Origin: Macrostomum hystrix | Lineage: Eukaryota; Animalia; Platyhelminthes | DNA: 64,000 bases | Direction of reading: 5' to 3' | Assembly (NCBI GenBank): GCA_950097015.1 | Contig: CATNEN010000038.1 | Location: forward strand, 2,418,001-2,482,000 | Part shown: in pieces, positions 35,110 through 46,037 of the stretch | How the letters are laid out: each line of letters begins with the position of its first letter | How positions within the stretch are numbered: the stretch's first letter is position 1 | Translations under genes and position numbers: made by a program | Notes under the pieces: generated by a model | The model's database searches: none | The model's input: only the letters and a program-made list of their open reading frames with translations | Told to the model about the DNA's origin: nothing

Positions 35110-37443
35110 TCAAGACTGCTTGAATCGGCTGCTCTTGTCAGCCGTGTACCAGCAGGAGCTGATGACGGAGCGTACAGAGCGCGGCAGCCGTCGCTCCTTC
35201 ACATTGCTGGCAATCCATTTCAGACTGCGTTGCCAGTGACTCTGCTGTTCCAGACACTTGCTGAGGGTCTTCACCAGTTGGACCAGATCGTCGGTGGACT
35301 GCCGCTGCTTTGCGCCGCCGCAGCCAACCAAATTAGCCAGATGGCGAAGCAGGAAGTGCCGACTGGCGCAGACGGGACACGACGACGAGGGAGATGACGT
35401 CGGGGAGGTCCTGAAGCCGTTTGCTGTAGAGTGAAGTGAGCACAGCGGCTGTTTTGCGCCAAATAGCGACGGTAACAGGGGTGACTGCGTTTGGACCAGC
35501 TGCTGTGGTGGCTCACAGTGGTGATCACTTTGCAGACGTTGTTGCCGTATCAACCGACGATGCTTGTACAGACTGCCTTCGCAATGCCGCAGGTGGTCTA
35601 GTCGGTTCGGACACCTGCGTAAGGGGACAAGGGGGTCGGTGGCAGAGCGGTGAACGCGTTTGCCTCTCGCACCGAGGTCCCTAAGAGTTCGATTCCACGG
35701 CGAGGCCACATTTATTTGGGGCGCAGCCGCGGAGAGAAGGCTGGGGGCTTGTCGTGCAATTTACGCCCTTGAGGGCCAACCTCCAAGGCACAGTGAAGTG
35801 TACACCGCCTGACGATGAGAAAGTCAGGGCAGATGTACACACCTGTGTAAGCGTGGGCCTGCGTAAAGTATCTGTGTGCGTGTGTGCTCAGGAGTCAGCG
35901 AAATGGGTAGAATTGCCTCCTCGCTGGCTGCGGGTCTAGTGTCACTAAATGATGTGCCATTGCCCGCAGCCCTCCTGCAATTATTATTAATTTTATTAAT
36001 ATTATTAAGGGTACAAGCTTTTAAAATTTAACGTTTCATTTATACGAGTAAATGAGAAAGCTGGACTATTGTACCTTGTTGAATGCTTCGAACTAACTCG
36101 AACTTGAAGCTGCGGCTGCGGCTGATAGGAGTTGCTGTCTTCGGAGCTCAGCGCGGTCGGAGCAGTGGACAGCACCAACTCCAGCTGCATCTTCCGTCGA
36201 TCCTCACTTTGAAGCACCATTGTGGACGAATTCAAAGAAGTTGCGCACGACGCACTTCGAATTTTGCGATAGTCTTTGGGATCGCATCCATACTTCTGCC
36301 GGTGGCTGTGAATGTGTTGACTACGGTGACGTCGACAGCGATGGCGTTGATCGATGCTGTTCGATTGCGACTTTTGGATAGGTATACTACAGAAGCTCCA
36401 AAGTGTGTCTGAAAGTATTGAGGCTTAATATTAAACAACACGTACTATTGATTCGCAAGCGACAGTGCGTACTACGAACGCTTCAGGGCAACACCCAAGG
36501 CGTCGTCTAAGAGTTAGGGCACGTGACTCTTGCGTACGGTATCACTGTGCGTGTGCTCAGGCGTCTGCGGATTGGGCGGAATCGCCATGCGATTATAGCC
36601 TATTATCTTAGCCCAATAATAATAATAATAACTGCAGGAGGGCTGCGGGCAATGTCACATCATTTGGTGACACTAGACCCGCAGCCAGCGAAGAGGCAAT
36701 TCTGCACATTCCGCTGACTCCTGAGAACACACGCACACAGATACTGTACGCAGGCACACACTCAAATCTGCCCTGACTTTCTCATCGTCAGGCAGTGTAC
36801 ACTTTTACTGTGCCTTGTCAAGACAAAGCCACGCTTACTAGTTGAGGAACTCTATGAGTCACTCACCACCGTCAGCACCGTTAGCTGCGTCCACAGCTCG
36901 CAGAAGTATCGGTAGAGCTGCCTTAAGGCACTGACACAGCAGCTCTGCTAGCTTGAAGTTCGTCAGCAGCCAGGCGCATGTATCCGGGAACAGCAGGCCA
37001 AACAGCCTGTTAGTCATCAGCGCCTGCAGGTGTTTAGGCGAAGCGGCTGACGGCACAACAGGGTTCGCCATCTGAGCGTCCATGGCCGTGATAGTATCCG
37101 GCTCAGAGTTGAGGTCTGAGACGGCCAAGCAGATGACTATCTGCTCACTGTCGGACTCGCCGGACAATTGGCAGGACGCTGCCAAAGCGGAGCGCACAAT
37201 GTCTTTAAAAAGGCGATTAGCGTGAAACTCTCGCAGCGCGAATGACAACAACTCGCGGAGTTGCTGCATTGGCCAGTTGGCCTCCTGCTGCCAGGCGCCG
37301 CGGGAAAACCCGTCATTGGCAGCGCGTTCAGCAGCATCCGTGTCCCGCAACAACCGTACGGTGCTACTACTGTGGCTGTCAGTGGCAAGTATATGCGAGA
37401 TCTTGCAGGCGGCAAAAGTGCTTGTGTAAGAGAGCGACTGCAT
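35110..37443 (-). CDS. Uncharacterised protein, 3 exons (~510 aa; start uncertain)
   Basis: Exons 37443-36867, 36408-36075 and 35740-35110 join in frame at canonical splice sites with no stops; no recognisable domain. Confidence 0.6.
35752..36005 (+). mobile_element. SINE 3' module with (TTA)n tail
   Basis: Close match to the reverse complement of 26225-26455. Confidence 0.85.
36617..36817 (-). mobile_element. SINE 3' module, inverted relative to the 35.75-kb copy
   Basis: Same sequence family, with (TTA)n tail. Confidence 0.85.
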
Positions 37444-37713
37444 GTCTGCAGTTGGGCTCGTGCATAAATAAATGCACGCTTCTTGTTGATACTTCAATGC
37501 AAGTGTAACCAGGGCTCAAATGTCTATGGTAAAAGCTAAAAGCAGGCAGTTTCACAGAATCAAGGACCACTAGAAGAAGGACACGTGCTTTGTATGATAC
37601 ATTAAAAGAACAGTATTTTATCTGCTTCCAATAAAAATTTACTGAGATTTTAATGTGAAAAGCGTGAAAAGTTTTTATTTCGCTAGTGCATTTTTTCGTG
37701 AAAATCTGCCTTA

Positions 37714-37836
37714 AGGAGCTTGTAGGGAGGAGCTTGTAGGGAGGAGCTTGTAGGGAGGAGCTTGTAGGGAGGAGCTTGTAGGGAGGAGCTTGTAGGGAGG
37801 AGCTTGTAGGGAGGAGCTTGTAGGGAGGAGCTTGTA
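37714..37836. repeat. 14-bp tandem repeat (ggagcttgtaggga)
   Basis: Tandem array abutting a SINE head. Confidence 0.93.
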
Positions 37837-38045
37837 GCCTTGTGGTTAGAGCGTCGGACTCACTACTTGAAGGTCGGGCGTTCAATTCCCGACTCCACTG
37901 GAAAAAATTGTGTTCTTTAGCAAGACAAATAACTCTTGGTTGCTTCAGTTGACCCAGCTGTTAAATTGGAAACAGCATCAGCTTCAGAAATTTACGGCGG
38001 GTGTGGCCTTCCCCCAGTCCTTGGACTCAACAGCCATATGCAGAC
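37836..38045 (+). mobile_element. SINE 5' half (tRNA head + CORE-like domain)
   Basis: tgtggttagagcgtcggactcac...ggcgttcaattccc...tgtgttctttagcaagac...gacccagctgttaaattgg, similar to the head of the 26.7-kb copy. Confidence 0.8.
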
Positions 38046-38049
38046 GCAA

Positions 38050-38962
38050 TAGTAGCTCCAACCACAGGGCTGCAACCCGCACTACTAGCTCCAACTACAG
38101 GGCTGCAACCCGCCCTAGTAGCTCCAACCACAGGGCTGCAACCCGCACTAGTAGCTCCAACCATAGGGCTGCAACCCGCACTAGTAGCTCCAACCATAGG
38201 GCTGCAACCCGCACTAGTAGCTCCAATCATAGGGCTGCAACCCGCACTAGTAGCTCCAATCATAGGGCTGCAACCCGCACTAGTAGCTCCAATCATAGGG
38301 CTGCAACCCGCACTAGTAGCTCCAACCATAGGGCTGCAACCCGCACTAGTAGCTCCAATCATAGGGCTGCAACCCGCACTAGTAGCTCCAATCATAGGGC
38401 TGCAACCCGCACTAGTAGCTCCAATCATAGGACTGCAACCCGCACTAGTAGCTCCAATCATAGGGCTGCAACCCGCACTAGTAGCTCCAATCATAGGACT
38501 GCAACCCGCACTAGTAGCTCCAATCATAGGGCTGCAACCCGCACTAGTAGCTCCAACCATAGGGCTGCAACCCGCACTAGTAGCTCCAATCATAGGGCTG
38601 CAACCCGCACTAGTAGCTCCAATCATAGGGCTGCAACCCGCACTAGTAGCTCCAATCATAGGACTGCAACCCGCACTAGTAGCTCTAATCATAGGGCTGC
38701 AACCCGCACTAGTAGCTCCAATCATAGGGCTGCAACCCGCACTAGTAGCTCCAATCATAGGGCTGCAACCCGCACTAGTAGCTCCAATCATAGGGCTGCA
38801 ACCCGCACTAGTAGCTCCAACCATAGGGCTGCAACCCGCACTAGTAGCTCCAATCATAGGGCTGCAACCCGCACTAGTAGCTCCAATCATAGGGCTGCAA
38901 CCCGCACTAGTAGCTCCAATCATAGGGCTGCAACCCGCACTAGTAGCTCCAATCATAGGACT
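38050..38962. repeat. 33-bp minisatellite
   Basis: tagtagctccaatcatagggctgcaacccgcac repeated. Confidence 0.97.
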
Positions 38963-39509
38963 CAGGCTTCGCTGATTGATACAAGGTAATATTTTTGGTA
39001 CTGCTTCTCAAAACTACAGAAATCCAGGCCTTCGTATTACAATATATTTCTAATTTCTGTGTATATAACTGCGTTAAAGTTTCAGATGCTAGATACTAAA
39101 GTCCCTGCTTTATCTGGATCTAAAAGTCGCAAGACTTGACGTACTTAACCACGGAACGATGGACTCGCCAGTAACAGTCCATTAATTTGATTTCAACCAA
39201 TTAGAACGAATCTGTCAGGTTGCCAATTTTCAATAAGGCCATTGATTGCTTATATTCGCTAATTGACGGGTTTATTTACACGAATTAGCAATGTTCCTTT
39301 ACGTCCTAATCTCATTAACACTGAATAGTAAGAAACTGGAATCGGGCAAAATGTTTAAGTTAAATGTGCGAGACTCATATCAATCTTGAAATTCACGAAA
39401 AAAATAAATCAATTAGTGAATCAATAATTCAATACTATTCTGGTCTATCCCATGCAAAAATAGCAAACTGAACTTCATAAAAATTTGCGAGCCTAACTTT
39501 TTTGTCTCA

Positions 39510-41175
39510 GACTGTCCAGAGACTGCTCAAACCTGATCCGGACAGCTCAAACCTGACCGGGACTGCTCAAACCTGATTTAGACTGCTTAAACCTGACCGG
39601 GACTGCTCAAACCTGATTTAGACTGCTTAAACCTGACCGGGACTGCTCAAACCTGATTTAGACTGCTTAAACCTGACCGGGACTGCTCAAACCTGATCCG
39701 GACTGCTTAAACCTGACCGGGACTGCTCAAACCTGATTTAGACTGCTTAAACCTGATCGGGACTGCTCAAACCTGATTTAGACTGCTTAAACCTGATTTA
39801 GACTGCTCAAACCTGATTTAGACTGCTTAAACCTGATTTAGACTGCTCAAACCTGATTTAGACTGCTCAAACCTGATTTAGACTGCTTAAACCTGACCGG
39901 GACTGCTCAAACCTGATCCGGACTGCTCAAACCTGATCCGGACAGCTCAAACCTGACCGGGACTGCTCAAACCTGATTTAGACTGCGTAAACCTGACCGG
40001 GACTGCTCAAACCTGATTTAGACTGCTTAAACCTGACCGGGACTGCTCAAACCTGATTTAGACTGCTTAAACCTGACCGGGACTGCTCAAACCTGATCCG
40101 GACTGCTTAAACCTGACCGGGACTGCTCAAACCTGATTTAGACTGCTTAAACCTGATCGGGACTGCTCAAACCTGATTTAGACTGCTTAAACCTGATTTA
40201 GACTGCTCAAACCTGATTTAGACTGCTTAAACCTGATTTAGACTGCTCAAACCTGATTTAGACTGCTCAAACCTGATTTAGACTGCTTAAACCTGATTTA
40301 GACTGCTCAAACCTGATTTAGACTGCTTAAACCTGATTTAGACTGCTCAAACCTGATTTAGACTGCTCAAACCTGATTTAGACTGCTTAAACCTGACCGG
40401 GACTGCTCAAACCTGATCCGGACTGCTTAAACCTGATCCGGACTGCTTAAACCTGACCGGGACTGCTCAAACCTGATTTAGACTGCTTAAACCTGATCGG
40501 GACTGCTCAAACCTGATTTAGACTGCTCAAACCTGAACAAGACTGCTCAAATCTGGCCCAGACTGTTCAAATCTGGCCCAGACTGCTCAAACCTGAACCA
40601 GACTGCTCAAACCTGATTTAGACTGCTCAAACCTGATTTAGACTGCTCAAACCTGATTTAGACTGCTCAAACCTGATCAATTTAGACTGCTCAAATCTGG
40701 CCCAGACTGCTCAAACCTGAACCAGACTGCTCAAACCTGGTTTAGACTGCTCAAACCTGATTTAGACTGCTCAAACCTGATCAATTTAGACTGCTCAAAT
40801 CTGGCCCAGACTGCTCAAACCTGAACCAGACTGCTCAAACCTGATTTAGACTGCTCAAACCTGAACAAGACTGCTCAAATCTGGCCCAGACTGCTCAAAC
40901 CTGATTTAGACTGCTCAAACCTGAACAAGACTGCTCAAATCTGGCCCAGACTGCTCAAACCCGAACCAGACTGCTAAAACCTGATTTAGACCGCTCAAAC
41001 CTGATTTAGACTGCTCAAACCTGATTTAGACTGCTCAAATCTGGCCCAGACTGCTCAAACCTGATTTAGACTGCTCAAACCTGATTTAGACTGCTCAAAC
41101 CTGATCTATTTAGACTGCTCAAATCTGGCCCAGACTGCTCAAACCTGAACCAGACTGCTCAGACCTGATTCAGAC
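39510..41175. repeat. 20-bp minisatellite (gactgctcaaacctgattta variants)
   Basis: Tandem array with higher-order structure. Confidence 0.97.
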
Positions 41176-41358
41176 TGCACAAATCCGATTTAAACTGCTT
41201 AATTTTGATCTTAAACTGCTTAAAACAGATCTCACTAGACGTAAAAAATAGCACAATTAGCCTGCCTAATAGGCAAAATAAAAAATGTAAGAATAAATTG
41301 AACCAACAATATTGTTTTATAATAAATCTACGATGAGTTTTCTGCCATGCTAGTTCAT

Positions 41359-42446
41359 CTAGTTCAGCATTGAATGCTGGGCGTACACTCGATCGCGTTG
41401 CACCTCGACCGCGCGCGTCCACCGCTCCTGCCGATTCACAGCCCGATTAACCACGCTGGACACGTGCTGGGTTGACGACTGCGACCCGGTCGAGCTGACG
41501 GACGACACGGGACGAGAGGCGGAGGCCGCGGCTGCCGCGGCGGCCGAATGCAACGAAGCCTCATCCGGCTGCTGCTCTTCGAGCTTTACGTGAGGCTGGT
41601 ACAGCCGAGCCTTGACCAGCAGCGGGTGCAGGATGGACAGGAACAGCATGTACAGGCACAGAGAGCTGATAATGCACAGCACCAGCACCACCACAACCTT
41701 CTGGATGGCCGTGCTGCGGGTTTCACTCTTGCACTGGCAGCGCAGGCAGAACTCGGCAGCTTTCGGCGGCAAAGGATCCACCACCTGGTCGAGAGAGGGG
41801 CACGGATGACTGACAGGTGACAGAAGACTGAAAGAAGGGAACTTACAGGTGATAGACTGTAAGAAGGGAACTTACAGGTAATAGAAGACTGTAAGAAGGG
41901 AACTTACAGGTGATAGAAGACTGTAAGAAGGGAACTTACAGGTGATAGAAGACTGTAAGAAGGGAACTAACAGGTGACAGAAGACTGAAAGAAGGGAACT
42001 TACAGTTGACAGAAGACTGAAAGAAGGGAACTTACAGTTGACAGAAGACTGAAAGAAGGGAACTTACAGTTGACAGAAGACTGAAAGAAGAAACTAACAG
42101 GTGACAAGACTGAAAGAAGAAACTAACAGGTGACAAGACTGAAAGAAGAAACCAACAGGTGACAGAAGACTGAAAAATGAAACCAGCAGGTGAAAAAGTC
42201 TGAAAGGTGACAGAAGACAAAAGGAAGTGACCAACAGTGCAAGCTCACCCTCTCGCAGGTGCACTCTCCGAACGGCACAGTGGTGATCCAGATGCGCCTT
42301 CTAGACGCGGTGCCATTGCCTGTGCCGGTGTCGGTTGGGCAAATGCACTTGCAGCGCGAATCTTCGTACTGCGCCATAGCGGGAGTTGTAGCCATAGACA
42401 GCAGGGCTGTCAGCAGTAGGATGGCAGGCGTGGCTACGGGATGCAT
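41359..42446 (-). CDS. TMEM9: TMEM9 family membrane protein, 2 exons
   Basis: Exons 42446-42249 and 41784-41359. Signal peptide, YEDSRCKCICP, FCLRCQCKSETRS, one TM helix, C-terminal QERW...VEVQRDRVYAQHSMLN typical of TMEM9/9B. Confidence 0.92.
41810..42215. repeat. ~30-bp intronic minisatellite
   Basis: acaggtgacagaagactgaaagaagggaactt variants. Confidence 0.9.
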
Positions 42447-42552
42447 GACTTCCAAGCAACGCTGGGATAAATTCAATAGGACAACTGAAATTGAGGATTT
42501 TATTGACCAAACGATTGATATTTATTCCCTTGTTATTTTTTTAATCTAGGCT

Positions 42553-43092
42553 TTGTTGCTAAGGAAGCTGTGTACTGATTTAAGACAGATAACACTGTTG
42601 CTAAGGAAGCTGTGTACTGATTCAAGACAGTTGATACAGTTGCTAAGGAAGCTGTGTACTGATTCAAGACAGTTGATACAGTTGCTAAGGAAGCTGTGTA
42701 CTGATTCAAGACAGTTGATACAGTTGCTAAGGAAGCTGTGTACTGATTCAAGACAGTTGATACAGTTGCTAAGGAAGCTGTGTACTGATTCAAGACATTT
42801 GATACAGTTGCTAAGGAAGCTGCTCAATGATTCAAGACAGTTGATACAGTTGCTAAGGAAGCTGCTCAATGATTACAGACAGTTGATACAGTTGCTAAGG
42901 AAGCTGCTCAATGATTACAGACAGTTGATACAGTTGCTAAGGAAGCTGCTCAATGATTACAGGCAGTTGATACAGTTGCTAAGGAAGCTGCTCAATGATT
43001 CAAGACAGTTGATACAGTTGCTAAGGAAGCTGCTCAATGATTACAGACATTTGATACAGTTGCTAAGGAAGCTGCTCAATGATTACAGACAG
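42553..43092. repeat. 42-bp minisatellite
   Basis: ttgctaaggaagctgtgtactgattcaagacagttgatacag repeated; two unit variants in blocks. Confidence 0.95.
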
Positions 43093-43984
43093 TAGACACT
43101 ATCAAGAAACAAGTAGTTTTTTATATAAAACTGCTGCTAGAAGGACTTTGTGCCTGTTTACTTGGCCTACCGTGCCACGGTAGTAAGAAATGACTCGAAA
43201 CCGAAACAATCAAGCAAAAAAGCAAGGAAAACCCGAGTGCGGACAGATAATAAATATTCGTGTCACAGCGTTGAGCACGATCAACATGAGCACATTAGAA
43301 GCACAGAGATCTATTTGACAGGAATAACTGCTTTTCGCACCAAAAAACTGTGAATGACGCGTGTGATAATTTAATCAATTGTAGAAATCTAAATTATAGT
43401 TTTAAATAGATTATCGAATGTTGCAAAATGAGCAAAATATACTTAAGCAGTCTATTAAAAAGTAAGAATAATGTTTTGTACTTTGCCTAAAGCCTGGGAA
43501 CTGGCTTCAAAGCATAAAATCTACCATAGCAAGTATGACTAGATAGAGGAATCAGTCTGGTACGAGCAATAAGCTTGGCAAGCTTACTAAATACTGTCAG
43601 CCAATTAGTAATATATAAACAGAATAGCATATTTGATTCGAATACTCAAGGTAGCGGTACTTTTGGCCTAAATAGTCGACAAACACGCTATTTGACAAAT
43701 AGCATAACAAAACCACTAGCTGGCTAGCTAAGCAGAATGTGGAAGGCTGGCAATGGCAATGGCTAACAGTGGGCGAGGATCACACCGTACAGACAGGCGA
43801 AAGCAAGAACTAATTGTGAGCTCAAATAAGTAAATAAATAGGATAAAATATTTAATATTTACATATATTTTACATACAATACGCACAATAATCATCATAT
43901 TTATTATAATTATATATCGCTGGATCTCATAGCCAAAGTAGCTTAGGAAATTGATTATGAAATCTTTGTCATCAGCAACCGACA

Positions 43985-44355
43985 ATGAACCTACCGGTCA
44001 TAATCACATGGTCATAAACCTATATGTCATGGAGATAAACATGAACCTACCGGTCATAATTATATGGTCATAATCAGCTGGTGATGAACCTACCGGTCAT
44101 AATCAGCTGGTCATGAACCTACCGGTCATAATCAGCTGGTCATGAACCTACCGGTCATAATCAGATGGTCATGAACCTACCGGTCATAATCAGATGGTCA
44201 TGAACCTACCGGTCATAATCAGCTGGTCATGAACCTACCGGTCATAATCAGCTGGTCATGAACCTACCGGTCATAATCAGCTGGTCATGAACCTACCGGT
44301 CATAATCAGATGGTCATTAAACTAACAGTCATAATCAGATGGTCATGAACCTAAT
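43985..44355. repeat. 29-bp minisatellite (catgaacctaccggtcataatcagctggt)
   Basis: Tandem array. Confidence 0.93.
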
Positions 44356-44535
44356 GTTCCGAACCGTGCCTTTTTAAACAGCTGTACAGTTTAGAAACTG
44401 CTCCAACTCCGTATTGTCACTTGCAGATAAGAATTTCAAAGCACAAGTCCAGAAGCGCGAGCCACTGGAAGAAAGATCCATGAGTACAAATACAGAAAAG
44501 GATCAGCCTTTGAAGCGCTGGCAGCTGGCCGAAGG

Positions 44536-46037
44536 TCACCAGTCTCCGCCATCGTCAGCGCCAGCCTGTCTAGTCTCGGATTCCACAAAGTCGTCAATAA
44601 GCGACGGCCAGGCCTCGCTCTGATCGTAGGCCGACAAGTCGCCACCCGCTGCGGCGCAAGCGTCGGCGAAGGCCAGGAACATGCGCCAGGTGTCGCGAGT
44701 GACAGCCCGGACACCGTGGCAGCCGGACTGCAGCCAGGACAGCCAGGGCCGCAGTATCTGGGGCGGCCCGGTTGGCCGGGCGTCGAACACCAGGCGCCAG
44801 AGATCCACGGCCATTGTCAGGGGCAAGGTGCGCTGGCCAGGCTCCAGCCCGAACTCAAAGGTCCACCTGGAGGTCGGTGATTAATTGGCTAGCCAGCTCG
44901 CAGGTCTCACTGGGAGGGGGAGAATCTCAGCTGGGAACTAACTAGTGAGGGGAAAATCTCAGCTGGGAACTAACTAGTGAGGGGAGAATCTCAGCTGGGA
45001 ACTAACTAGTGAGGGGAGAATCTCAGATGGGAACTAACTAGTGAGGGGAGAATCTCAGCTGGCAACTCTAACTAGTGGGGGAGGAGAATCTCAGCTGGGA
45101 ACTCCCACAGGGGTAACTAGGCTTAACAAGGAAGTGTCAGCAGGTTAATAATCCCTAGAAAGGCCGCTCACCGATACAAGTCCCTAAAGTCGGCCTCAGC
45201 ACGGCAGCAATCACCAGCTTGCTGCTGATTGTCGCTTCTCTTCGGCTGCCTGCCCTGCATGTCGGCGAGCTTAGCGTCCAGGCCGCGGCGTAGCAGTTCA
45301 ACGCTGCAGGCGGCCCCACAAAGGCGCTGGCAGCCGCGATGAAACTCGTCCCTGGTGAAGGCGCACATCTCCCTGGCCGAGCACTGCCAAGCCAGCAGCA
45401 GCAGCCGCAGATCGGCCGGGTCAAGGCCGAGGTCTTGGCACAGGGCGGCCACGCCAGCCGCTTTGATTGTGTCACCGCCGCAGCCAGGCTGCTGGTCAAT
45501 GTCGGCATACTGACGAAACAGCAGCTCTCGCATTGCAGCTTCCTTGGCGGCCTCCTTTTGGACAGAGAATTTCGAAAAAATGAAATGATACAGATAAGTA
45601 CAGAATAGGGTATTAAAATACTGATTATTCTACTTGCGAATTTTCAATGGGTGCTAATAACTAATAATTGTTAATTATTACACATGCCCCAATCGTGCCA
45701 GATGTGCAGCAGACAGCACAGCCGCAGCTATTGCGCGGCGTATCTGAAGGCTGCGTACAACTGTTCAGTGCATGGACTGGGAGACCCCACACCCACCCTT
45801 AATTACCCCAGCTAATTTTAGCTGGATGAACTGAAGCAATGCAGAGTTTAAGTGTCTTGCTAAATGACACAAATGGCTAATTATAGGACAGAGCCCCTTA
45901 CAGACCTAAGCTCAAGCTCTCACCTGTTCCTGTATTAGTAGCCGGCAAGATTTCGTAGCTCTTGGTCCAGCAACTGGACTCAATGCTCGTTTCCGACTGG
46001 CGCCGCCATTGCTAGTTCTAAATGTCGCACGTGGCAT
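44536..46037 (-). CDS. DCN1-like protein (cullin neddylation co-E3, PONY domain), 3 exons
   Basis: Exons 46037-45924, 45554-45172, 44866-44536. Motifs LCQDLGLDP, LLLLAWQCSAREMCAFTRDEF, FRDLYRWTFEFG, VTRDTWRMFL, YDQSEAWPSLIDDFVE. Confidence 0.9.
44915..45105. repeat. 32-bp intronic minisatellite
   Basis: ggagaatctcagctgggaactaactagtgagg repeated. Confidence 0.9.
45700..45880 (-). mobile_element. Degenerate SINE central fragment
   Basis: Reverse complement contains TGTGTCATTTAGCAAGACACTTAAACTCTGCATTGCTTCAGTTCATCCAGCT, matching the CORE-like segment of the other copies. Confidence 0.7.

Noticed and set aside
35800-35840. CTGACGA...GAAA...GTC as a hammerhead ribozyme core in the SINE
   Set aside because: No room for stems II and III; the bases are better explained as a simple CCTGAC/GTCAGG hairpin.
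37910-38989. Long ORFs (359, 324 and 309 aa) with 11-aa repeats
   Set aside because: Products of a 33-bp satellite open in several frames on both strands, with no codon-position bias.
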